The notes beneath the pieces are model-generated. The model searched no databases. It worked only from the letters and a program-made list of their open reading frames with translations, and was not told where the DNA came from. From the NCBI GenBank assembly GCA_043228905.1, contig JBHGNT010000461.1:1-23944 (forward strand): a stretch of 23,944 bases of DNA. The letters run 5' to 3'. A program made the translations under genes and the position numbers. This stretch comes from Azolla caroliniana. Its lineage: Eukaryota > Plantae > Polypodiophyta. Of the stretch, positions 7,877-18,800 are shown piece after piece; the stretch's first letter is position 1, and each line of letters starts with the position of its first letter.

Positions 7877-8905
7877 ATGTCCAACTCAGCCTGTGACTTA
7901 AGCCAGATAATCACAACCTTACAACAACTCCAGCTTGAAAATGAAGCCCTTCGAAATTCGTTACGAGAACTTCAAGTCGGTGCCTCCCTATCCTCACATC
8001 CCATAGAGCCTAATGTCCCACCACAACCTAGCATGGAGCCCAGTCTTCTACCAACATCTGATCTAGCTTCTTCTCACTTGCTTGAGCCTAAGATTAGCCT
8101 CCTAGAAAAATTTGATGGAACGAGGTCACGTTTCCAGGGGTTCATCAACCAAATTTTCCTAATCATTCAGCTACAAACTCAACATTATGCACATGGTCTT
8201 CGACAAGTTGGACTTGTGGGCACCCTCCTCTCCGGTTTGGCCCAAGCTTGGTTTGCACCTTTAGTGGAAACTTCGTCACCTCTATTGGAGGACTTTCCTG
8301 CCTTCCTCCCTGAGTTAGAGGCCATATTTGGAAAGACGGACCGACGACGTACAACACTCACCAAGCTTTATGCATTCGTACAAGGTTCGCGTGCAACCTC
8401 TGTCTATGCTTCGAAATTTCGACAACTAGCATGTGATGTCAACTGGGATGATCAAGCTTTAACTGATCACTTTCGGCGGGGCCTTCGGAGCAATGTCAAG
8501 AATCTTCTCTTGAACTTTCCCGAGCCCACCTCGTTATCCCAAGCGATTTCACAAGAAATCCATTGTGACACTCGCCTTTTTGAATTTTACCAAGAAGAGG
8601 ACCAGACTTGGGGTTCGACTCATTCACTTCCACGACACGCCCTAGTCGTACAACCCCAAGTATCCCTCCCACTGGTGGCGTCACGCTCCCCTACTTTGGC
8701 AGATGCTCCAGTCCCAATGGAAATTGATCAAGGTCACTTTTGGCCATTGACTGATGTCGAACGACAATTTCAGCGGACTAATGGATTGTGCCTATATTGT
8801 GGGGCCTCGAGTCGTCTCCTTCTCCATTGTCCTATGAGTAATCGCGCACCATTCTAGCGAGGCAACGGACCCCAATATCCAGAAAACGACATCATCCGGT
8901 TGTAG
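7877..8905 (+). pseudogene. gag: Gag of B (capsid domain plus degenerate zinc knuckle)
   Basis: EPKISLLEKFDGTRSRFQGF, GTLLSGLAQAWF, QGSRATSVYASKF, PVPMEID, LCLYCG. Probable premature TAG at 8855 and native end near 8903-8908. Confidence 0.9.
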
Positions 8906-8924
8906 TAGGAGCCCTGCAGCTGGA
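8881..8924 (+). promoter_or_regulatory. Candidate gag/pol -1 ribosomal frameshift signal of B
   Basis: In-phase heptamer A_GAA_AAC (8881-8887), 7-nt spacer, then an 11-bp stem (8895-8905 with 8914-8924, three G-U pairs). Confidence 0.6.
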
Positions 8925-8934
8925 CGTTTCCCGT

Positions 8935-9598
8935 TGTCGTGGAGAAAACCGTCCCTAGGAAGAAACCAGGTATAACGTGCGTAAACCGGCCCTTACACGT
9001 GGGCACAAGTTTTGTTGTATAGTACATAGATAGGTACAAGTCGACTGAGGTGAAATCCTAGGTAGCACGCATTCATTAGGGAGAAAATCGAGGCGTATCC
9101 CTGTTCGAAAGGACAGGGAATAAACATGATGTAACGGGTGGTAACGGCCTCCCTCCTTGGGCTATAAAAGAGGAAGAGGTATTGTAAAAAGGCGGGGGGT
9201 ATCGCGTTTTGGGGAGGAGGAAGCGTTGCCGGACGGAAACCGAGCTCTTCTCCATAGTCGTTTTGTGCAGGTTTCGGGAGGCTGACTCTGCTCCGCTCGA
9301 GTGCTTCCGGCAGAGTCTCCATCTCGCGTTATGTGTGTGTGTATGTGTGTGTGCAGACGTCTGAGCCTATCACTCGGCGGCTTGCCAGTTGTAACCCCTT
9401 TATATATATATATATATATGCATACATTCATTCTGTCTCCATTGTTTGGAGTTAGTTGCAACTCCTGTGAATCTGCGTGTCTGTGCGCGTGCGGAGTATA
9501 TTGGTAGTTTCCTTCCCCTCTTCTCGTTCGGTTATTTCTCGGTCCAAGGCCCATGTGGTCCCGCCTCGTTCACCACGCACGCGCGTAACAACGCAACA
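8935..9598 (+). repeat. 5' LTR of C (664 bp)
   Basis: TGTCGT...GCAACA; TATAAAAGAGG at 9163; (TG)n near 9332-9353 and (TA)n near 9401-9419; homologous to 15201-15815. Confidence 0.95.
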
Positions 9599-9602
9599 TA
9601 TT

Positions 9603-9620
9603 TGGTGAACCCGACGTGAA
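9603..9620 (+). promoter_or_regulatory. PBS of C, complementary to the 3' end of cytosolic tRNA-Trp
   Basis: TGGTGAACCCGACGTGAA is the reverse complement of TTCACGTCGGGTTCACCA, the plant tRNA-Trp(CCA) 3' end as I recall it. Confidence 0.85.
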
Positions 9621-9642
9621 CAGGCGGCAGAGGAATAGAAAG

Positions 9643-11633
9643 ATGAGAGGGTCGGATCTTGCAGAAGCCATGGCTTTGGCTGTGGATCGGATAGTGAGTG
9701 TGCGCGAAGACACATGCGCCCTCGATAGGGCTATTGAAGCAGTCATTGGCACGATAGGCCGGTTCAGTGGGAACGATGCCACGAGCTATTTGGAGGCTTA
9801 CCGAGCTGAAATGGTGATGAGGGACATCCCGGAGGACAGGCGACTGGCCGGATTCCCTCGGGTCGCGATGTCGGGCATCCACACGAAGGTGCTTGAGGTA
9901 CAGGCCGAGAGTCGGACCTGGGAAGAGTTTGAAGGTCGGCTCCTTGAAAAATATGGGCTTGATGACGCGCTTCGACTATCGAAGCGGGACTTCATGGAAT
10001 GGGTGGAGACCCCCGAAAAGGGGAGAAACGCGTCGGTGCTCCTTCGGGAGTTTGAAGAACGCTTCGCGCGTCTTTCGGCACTAGACCGGATCATACTGGA
10101 CACAAGTCGTGTCCTATTATTCGTTAAATCGGTGGATGTAAGGGACCGGGAGCAAGTGGGCTTCCTGCTGGAGACCGATGACGGCCTAACAACCGATTGG
10201 GTTGTGGTAAACAGAGTCAGCGGCCGTTTTGACAAACAGCGTGAGTGGGTCGATAAAGGCTTGATGGGGGCGGGTTCTGTTGCGACAAGGAAGGTCGAGG
10301 TAACCCCACCGGCGCGAAGGGAAGAGACCTGAGACTGGCTCGAGACCGGCTCAACTTTGACCAGCACGGTCAAAGGCTCGTCCGAAGGAGCGGCTCTTGA
10401 GGAGCTGACTCAGATGGTGAGGGACCTCCAGATTGCACAAGCACGGAGGGACGTCGGCGAACAAGTGCGTGACCGAAGGCCTCCGGCTGGGAACCGATGC
10501 TTGTGATGCGACGCGGCCTGCCACACCCGAAAGGACTACGGGGACTTCACCGAAGCGATAAGGGCTAACGTGGTGTACCTATGGAACGATCGGGTGCACG
10601 CTCGGAAGACGAAGGAAGTCGGATTCTGGCCGTTGATGCTAGAAGGCCTCGCCGGTGTACGGCTGAGGAAAGAGGAAGTGGACCATGCCGAAAGACGGGT
10701 CCGAGAGTCAACCGGGTGGATTGACCCGGTCGAAGAAAAGACAGGCTTCGTTTAAGCCGCTTGCCAAAAGTACAAGGTTCTGGTGGAGGACAAGCGTGTG
10801 GGTAAGACCAGAGGGGCCGGACCCTCACAATGGTATGAGACCCGGTTTGGGCTAAAGCAGAATGATGCCGGTGCAACCAGCGCACCCGATAAAGCCAAGA
10901 GGGCCGGGTACCGACTGAGCACGGAGATCGAGAGGGACACGGACCTGCGTAAGGTCCTCGAGGAGGGTATCCTCAACAACAAAGTGGAGCTGTCACTGAG
11001 GGAAGTGCTCCGAATTGCGAAGGAGTTCCACGACTCCATCATGGACTTGGTGAATGGGAAAAGGCTTTCGACAGAGCCAGAGCCGGAGCCGGAGAAGCCG
11101 ATGGAGGTGCAAACGACGCACCTAGAAGACATGGCTCTAGAAGACGAGTTGGCAGAGAGCCACTATTCAAGGCCACATTGGGCCAGAGCAACCACGAAGA
11201 CCCCCGTTAAGATCAGAGATGTTCAGGATCCAGTGGTGGCGTTGGTGGACCACGGTTCAGAAATCAACTTGATGTCCATGGACTTCTACAAGAAGGGGAA
11301 GTGGCCGATCAACACCAAGCACGGGTGGAAAATACGGGCAGCAACGGTGCCACGGAAGAGCTGCATGGAGCCTGCCCGAATGTACGGGTGAAAATCGGCG
11401 ATGTCGAGATCGATCAGCACTTCTTCGTACAGGAGACGTCATCGCATCCGGTTATACTTGGGGAACCGTACATCATGGCGGCACGGGTGGAGACAAAGGT
11501 GCTGAACAATGGTTCGACATATGCATGAGTCAAGAGCCAGGATGGGCGTCACTCGGCCCAATTCCTGACGGTGCGACCAAACCATGAGCGTAACCGTGAG
11601 ACCCTCGGTTGCAAAACCCGAGGGGATTTTTAG
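9643..11633 (+). pseudogene. ORF1 of C: gag, degenerate zinc knuckle and aspartic protease
   Basis: Gag at 9643-10332; RCL*CDAACHTRKD near 10495-10540; VELSLREVL; protease VVALVDHGSEINLM and VILGEPY; ends ...GDF* at 11633. Contains several in-frame stops and one frameshift near 11345. Confidence 0.88.
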
Positions 11634-11689
11634 AGAGGGCTATCAGGGCGTGGGGCCGCGATAGTCTGAACACCCCGGAAAAACCCCAC
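11624..11689 (+). promoter_or_regulatory. Candidate -1 frameshift site with pseudoknot between PR and RT of C
   Basis: G_GAT_TTT directly before TAG. Stem 1 pairs 11637-11644 with 11660-11667; stem 2 pairs GTGGGG (11650-11655) with CCCCAC (11684-11689). The -1 frame is open into RT. Confidence 0.72.
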
Positions 11690-13087
11690 AGATGTACTAT
11701 AGGCAAAAAGACCTGTACCATAGGTAGGAAATTTTGGTTCTCCGATAGCGGAGGTTGTACGATAGGCGGCGTAGTTGGCCGAGAAAAGAAGTGGGCGGAG
11801 GAGCGACTTCGGGCATGTAGAGTTCTCGGCCTTGAAGAGGAAATCAATGGAGCCATGGAGGTGGTCTCTTTCGAAGACACCTTAGGGAAGTTACGAGAGG
11901 TGTTCGGAGAAGGCCTTAATGAGGACCGGACGATTCCGGTAAGCTCGAAAAAGATGTACGAAGTCATCGCCGACTTTGGTAATGGACTCGAGTCGGATCG
12001 GACGGCCCAAGTGGAAACGAAGTACAAGACTGTGGACCGGAAGGTGAGGCCAGTCGCGGCACCCTTGTCGAAGGGCAGCGAGTTACGGATAAAGGGGGTT
12101 GCGTCAGACCCATGTTTACAAGATCCAGCCAGCATAGGACACACGTTCACTGACATAACGCTACGGGAGCTCAAGATCGGTGGGGGTGGCTTTCTACTGC
12201 CGGTGGAAGAGGACCAGTTTCAGAGAATGCTCGGGAAGCACGAGAAGGCTTTTGCATTCTCACCGGACGAGATCGGGTGTATAGACCCGACGGTTGTGGA
12301 ACCAATGGTGATCTTCACGATACTGCATATGCCGTGGAATCTCAAACCAATTCCGGTACCCAAAGCTCACATCCCGAAGTTGATGGAGCTGTTGAAACAG
12401 AAGGTGGAGATGGGCATCCTCGAACCGTCGAGTGCCCCATATTCGAATCGGTGGTTTACCGTGCCGAAGAATAACGACACACTGCACTTCATACAGGACC
12501 TGCAGCCGGTCAACAAGGTAACCATTCGAAACGCAGGTATCGGACCGACCATTGATGAGTTTGCGGAGGCCTTCGCAGGGAGGTCGATCTACTCAGTCGG
12601 GGATCTGTACTCAGGGTACGATCAGTTCCAACTAGCCATAGAGAGCAAGGATGTCACGACGATGCGGACTCCTCTTGGCCTAGTTTGGATGTGTACCCTA
12701 CCGCAAGGGGGGAGAACTCGGTGGCGCACATGGTGAATACGATGAACAAGGTTTTGAGGGACTGCATCCCGGACATCACCATCCCGTTTCTAGATGACAT
12801 TCCAATCAAAGGATGTCCAGTTGAGGACAAGGAAGAATCGGTGGGGCCCGACGGTTGCCGGAAGTTCGTGACGGATCACATCCGCGACTGCGAGAAGGTG
12901 CTACAAAGACTCGAGAGCGCGCGGCTCACCTTCTCCGGAGAAAAATCAACCTTCGGACAACTGAAGATCCTGGTAATCGGACACCTGTGCGGGCCTTACG
13001 GCCGGAAGCCATCCCCAGCTAAGGTAGAAGCCATCTCCACAATGAAGGATGATTGCAGGTCGGTCACGGAGGTCCGAAGGATTATGG

Positions 13088-13171
13088 GGGCATGTGCGTT
13101 CTATCACATCTAGATTCCGCACTACGGGCATGTGCGTTCTATCACATCTAGATTCCGCACTACGGGCATGT
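13088..13171 (+). repeat. Perfect 38-bp tandem duplication in C pol
   Basis: GGGCATGTGCGTTCTATCACATCTAGATTCCGCACTAC twice (13088-13125, 13126-13163), followed by GGGCATGT. Confidence 0.95.
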
Positions 13172-15200
13172 CGCGGAACCACTTTACGGGTTGCTAAAGA
13201 AAGGGCGTAAATTCGAGTGGAGAGACGAGCACACGGAGTTGGTCCGGAGACTGACAGAGGCGCTCGCCGTGGCACCGGCCCTCCGAAAGGCGGTCTACGG
13301 CAAAGACACTCCGATTTACGTGACAGTGGACACGAGCCCGAGCGGGATCGGGTGGGTGATCAATTAGGAAGACAAGGACGACGTACGGTTCCCGATCCGG
13401 TTCGGGACAAAGGCATTGAGCGAACGGCAGCGAGGGTACGCCCAAATTAAGCATGAGCTATGGGGTATCGTTTCGGCAGTCAAGGCCGACAAGGACTATC
13501 TGATCAGGACGGAAGTGATCATCGAGACGGACTGCCTACCGATTCTACGTATGGTTTCCGGCTGCGTGACTCCGGACCTGGCGATGCTCAGGTGGATCGC
13601 GTACATCAAGACCCTGAATCCGGAAATACGAGACATTTCCGGAAAAGATAATGCCATGGCCGACATGCTTTCGAGAGCGAGGTTCGTTGACGAGGACAGC
13701 ATGGTTTCGGAGGACGAGGAAGTCGGCGTGGACCTCTTCGAGGCGGCTTACGTAACAACAAGAAAGGGGAGCACTCTAGCACTTAACGAATTCGATGAGA
13801 GTAAGTACGACGGGGAGTGGCTCCAGATCGGCGGGTTCCTGAAGACAATGACACCGGACACGGCGTGAACGAAGGAAGAGACCAACCGTATTTGGAAGAA
13901 AGTGTACCGATTCTTCCTACGGGACGGGAGCATATGGAAGCACCCGAAGAAGAGAAACGGCATCCCGCTCCGAGTGGTGGCGAGGAAAGAGGAAAAGGAA
14001 GAATTGTTGACGGCATACCACGAGTCCCTGGGCCGGACACCGCAGGACGTGGGACACATTCGAGAAGCTAAAGGGAAAGTACTAGTGGCCGGGACTATAC
14101 CGGGACGTGCATTGGTTCGTGACGACTTGCGAAAGCTGTCAGGTGCACTCCATAGTCCGACATCGGGACGAGCTTCACCCGACCTACCCTCCGACCGTCT
14201 ACTTTAAGTGGTTGGTGGATCTGGTGACGATGTCGATGGGGGTAGGGCAGATGCGGTATCTGGTGCTGGCTCGGGAGGACATGATGAACCAGGTGGAAGG
14301 TTGAGCATTGCAAAACAAAACGACCGCGGTCGTGTGTCGATTTCTGATCGAAGAAGTGGTATGCCGGTACAGGTGCGAAGGTAAGATCGTGGTCGACCTC
14401 GGAGAATTGGACGCGCAAGAGGCGGAAGAGCTGTTTGACCGGCTAGGGATTAAACTCTCGCTCACCACAGTGTACAATTTGGAGGCTAACGGGAAGGTGG
14501 AACGCGGACACGGGCCGATCGTCAAAGCGTTAGTACGGGCATGTGGAGGCCAATTCGGGAACTGGCCGCGGCTCTTACCCTATGCATTGTGGGCGGACCG
14601 AACTACGCCGGTAACCGGGTTCATGCCGGTAGAGCTAATGTACGAGTAGAAGCCGATCATACCAACGGAGCAAACAATCTCCTCATCGGCCACGGTGGAC
14701 TGGAAAGCCGAGATGAGCTGGGAGGAGCTGTTAGGGCACGGATTCAATAGCTGGAGCAAAGACCGGAGGACGTGGACCGAGGCGCAGAGAAGCTACGGGT
14801 GGCGAGGGTAAAGAACAAAGGACGGTTTGACCGGACTCACCGACTGAGGCCGAGGAAGATCGAGGAAGGTGACTGGGTGCTGGTGTACGACAGCAGCCTC
14901 GACAATCAACACAAGGCAGTGTGTAAGTTTGCAAGAAGGTGGGGCCTTATGTGGTGACAAGCGCCAACGACAATGGGACCTACCATCTCGTGGAGCTCGA
15001 CAAGACAAGGATGGTGGTACCGGTGGCGGGGAAAAGGATCAAAGCATTCAAAAAGCGGCACAAGGCTGAACCGGACCTAGACAACCTAGATGACGACAAC
15101 GACCGGCTCAGAATGGATGTCGATCCGGAAGACAAAGGATAAGCGTGGGCCGAACTTCTCCGGCAAGAAGTCTAATTTTGGTGCATACCGGTGCGGCGGA

Positions 15201-15815
15201 TGTCTTAGAGAAAACCGTCCCTAGGCGAAAACCGAGTATAACGTGCGTAAACCGGCCCTTTCACGTGGGCACAGGTTTTGTTGTATAGTACGTAGATAGG
15301 TACAAGTCAACTGAGGTGAAATCCTAGGTAGCACACATTCATTAGGGAGAAAATCGAGGCGTATCCCTGTCCGAAAGGACAAGGAATAAACATGATGTAA
15401 TGGGTGGTAACGGCCTCCCTCCTTGGGCTATAAAAGAGGGAGAGGTATTGTAAAATGGGGGGGGAGGGTATCACGTTTTGGGGAGGAGGAAGTGTTGCCG
15501 GACGGGAACCGAGCTCTTCTCCTCTGTCTTCTCCATAGTCGTTCTATGCAGGTTTCGGGAGGCTGACTCTGCTCCGCGGAACGCCCTATCACTCGTCGGC
15601 TTGCTAGTTGTAACCCCTTTATATATATGTATATACGCATACATTCATTCTATCTCCATTGTTTGGAGTTAGTTGCAACTCCTATGAATCTGTGTGTCTG
15701 TGCGCGTGCGGAGTATATTGGTAGTTTCCTTCCCCTCTTCTCGTTCGGTTATTTCTCGGTCCAAGGCCCCTGTGGTCCCAACTCGTTCTCCACGCACGCG
15801 CTTAATAATGTGACA
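15201..15815 (+). repeat. 3' LTR of C (615 bp)
   Basis: TGTCTT...GTGACA; homologous to 8935-9598; followed by TSD CCGT. Confidence 0.95.
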
Positions 15816-15819
15816 CCGT

Positions 15820-18800
15820 CATCCACATTCTCGTGGTTCCATTGCTAGAACATCAGGCAATTTCACATTGGAGGTATGCCTTCTTTTAATTCCAGTTCCA
15901 TTGAGTCTCTCACTTTACTTAATTCTAGAGCGTCTCCTTGCCTCATCGATGTCGCATTCACCCAAGCACATGAGTTACCCGCCCCGCCGTATGCCTCTCA
16001 AAACCCATTCCTATTGAAGCCATTGATGGGTGTGTCCTCTCATCAAGAGCAATTACCAAGATTACAATCCCATTAGGGCTTCGTGTGGGCTCCCACTAGG
16101 AGGAGCTCCCCTTTAACCTCATCGCATCCTCTCGGCATGCGATCATCTTAGGACTATCGTGGCACAATCCAATAGTGGATTGGTGCAATCCCTCGATCAC
16201 ATTTAATGAGCCAGGATGCTCACGCACAACTATGAAGGCCAATTCCATTTCACATCCTTCGGAGACAGTTGATCCCGACTCGGCTACTCCACCCTTAGTT
16301 CATCACCCACTCGCCATTTGTGGAGCTACTTCTAAAATAAAGACTTCTCCAATGTATTTGAGAAACGCTATCCCATCGATCTTCAAGAAGGCATGTGTCC
16401 ACCCTTTGGTTCTCTATATGCATTGTCTGTAGGAGAGCTAAAGTCCCTTTGAGTGTATCTCGATGAGAACCTCGCGAAAGCATTTATTCAACCTTCTAAG
16501 TCGTTGGCCGGGGCCCCCATATTATTCATGAAGAAGAAGGACGGCTCTCTACGCTTATGTGTAGACTATTTGGGGTCTAAACAAACTCACTGTGCACAAC
16601 CGTTATCTGATCCCCGAACTCCTCGACCAATTCCGCGCTATGCGTGTCTTCTCGAAAGTTTATCTGCGTGGTGTGTACAATTTGGTCCGCGTCAAGCCCG
16701 ATGATGAATGGAAAACCGCCTTACAAACACGATATGGGCATTTCGAATATAAGGTAATGCCTTTCGGTCTTACTAATGCCCCAATTATTTTTCAACATAT
16801 GATGAACGATATATTTCAGGAATATCTCGATCATTTTGTGGTTATCTATCTGGATGATATTCTCATTTTCTCGCCAAACATGGCAGAGCACACCCATCAA
16901 GTCCAATTAGTTCTTGCAAAACTTTGGGAGCACGGACTTTATGCCAAAAGTGAGAAATGCGAGTTTGACCGTACCTCGATTGAATTCTTGGGCTACATCA
17001 TCTTGCCCAATGGCATCACAATGGATATGAAGAAGGTTTCCGTCATTCGGGGTCATTCGGGAGTGGGTGACTCCAACTTGACTTAAAGATGTACAATCCT
17101 TCCTCGGCTTCGCCAATTTTTACCATCACTTCATCCAGGGGTTTTCCACTCTAGCCCATCCTCTTATCGCCCTCACGCACAAAGGTACTCCCTTTCTATG
17201 GACCTTGGCGGCATAAAATGCGTCCGACTCTCTCAAACACACATTCACCACTGCCCCTGTGCTCCTACATGCCGACCCCACATGACCCTTCCATGTCGAA
17301 ATTGATGCCTTTGACTTCGTCATTGGTATCATTTTATCCCAGGTTGATTACGCCAACATAATGCACCCGGTGGCTTACTACTGTTGTAAATTCACGGCAT
17401 CCAAAATAAATTATCCAATATACGAAAAGGAGCTTGCTGTTATCATTGCCTCCTTTGAAGAATGGCACCCCTATTTGGCCGGAGCACAACACCATGTCCA
17501 GGTAGTGACTGATCATAAGAATTTAATTTATTTTTCCATTACTTGTACTTTGAATCGAAGGCAGGCTCGTTGATCGACATTTCTCGCCGACTATGATTTT
17601 GAGATTGTATTTCGACCTGGTGGCCAACATGGGATGGCCGATGCTCTTTCTCGTCGACCCGAATTTGTCATCCGCCCCGGGGATGCCGCTCATGCTCAAC
17701 AATCTCGTTGTTTGCTGAAACCCCACCAATTGCATCTTTCTGCCACTTGTATGTTGCAAGATGATTCATTACTCCAACAGATTACTGATGCATCCACGAC
17801 TGATGCATTTGCCAACAACATTCGAAATAGTCTACAAAATCCCTCCAAGACACCGAGAAGGACGTACCTTGACCACTTCACCATACAATATGGTTTGTTA
17901 TTCCGCGATCATCTTTTATACGTCCCGGAGGGCCCGTGTCGCACCAGAGTGTTGCGGGAATGCCACGATGACCCCCTTGTAGGGCACTTCGGAGTTGCAA
18001 AAACCTTCGAACTAATCTCTCGAGGGTATTGGTCGCCACAACCATGGAATTTGGTCAAATAATACATCAAGATTTGTGAGGTTTGCGCTCGCTCCAAAGT
18101 TGCTCATCATCGGCCATATGGCTTACTCCAGTCGCTTCCATACCCTAGTCGCCCCTAGGACTCTATCTCTATGGACCTCATAACCGATCTACCCTTGGTC
18201 AATAGCTATGCATCAGTGTTGGTTGTTGTTGATCGGTTTACAAAGATGGCTCACTTCACTCCATGCTCAAAAACCATTTCCGAAGAAGGAATGACACATC
18301 TACTCCTCAATCATGTGGTTCATTTGCATGGCCTCCCCGACGATGCCATCTCTGATCGTGGACCCCAATTTGTCTCTCACTTCTGACAGTGCCTGCTACA
18401 AACTTTAGGCATCTCCGTCAAGTTGTCCTCCGCTTATCACCCTTAGACTGACGGTCAGATGTAGAGCGTCAACCAAATCCTTGAGCAATAAATTCGGTGC
18501 TCAGTTAGTTACCAACAAGATGATTGGGTCAACTTGCTTTCACTCGCAGAATTCGACTACAATAATTTTGTCCATGCATCAACTGGCATCACTCCGTTCT
18601 TTGCAAACTATGGTTTACATCCTCGCTTCACCATTTCCCTCCCTACCACTGCTGTGAACCCTTCAGCAGAGGGTGGAGCTCGCGTTTTAGAAGAGCTACA
18701 TCATGACTTATCCTTGGAGCTTCGTCTCACTAGTGAACGATACAAGAAACATGTTGATTGCCATCGCTCGAGCACTCCACCCTTTGTCGTTGGCGACATG

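Larger units (their letters stand above)
11624..15142 (+). pseudogene. pol: ORF2 of C: RT, RNase H and integrase with GPY/F-like end; no chromodomain
   Basis: KYKTVDRKVRPV; DLYSGYDQ; LPQG; IPFLDDIPIKG; VTVDTSPSGIG, ELWGIV, ETDCLP; YHES...TCESCQ; DLVTM; NGKVERGH; GPYVV. Multiple stops and frameshifts. Confidence 0.93.
8935..15815 (+). mobile_element. Element C: full-length decayed non-chromovirus Ty3/gypsy with fungal-like (Ylt1-type) features, nested in B
   Basis: LTRs 8935-9598 and 15201-15815 (TG...CA); 4-bp TSD CCGT at 8931-8934 and 15816-15819; tRNA-Trp PBS; gag-PR then RT-RH-INT. Confidence 0.93.

Noticed and set aside
9040-9120. CTGAGGTGAAA...GAAA as a hammerhead ribozyme or rRNA fragment
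   Set aside because: The core is not CUGANGA, the required stems are not evident, and the rRNA resemblance is only about 10 nt.
9798-12174. Long minus-strand ORFs within C (9798-10373, 11530-12174)
   Set aside because: Antisense shadows of GC-rich gag/pol with no independent motifs.
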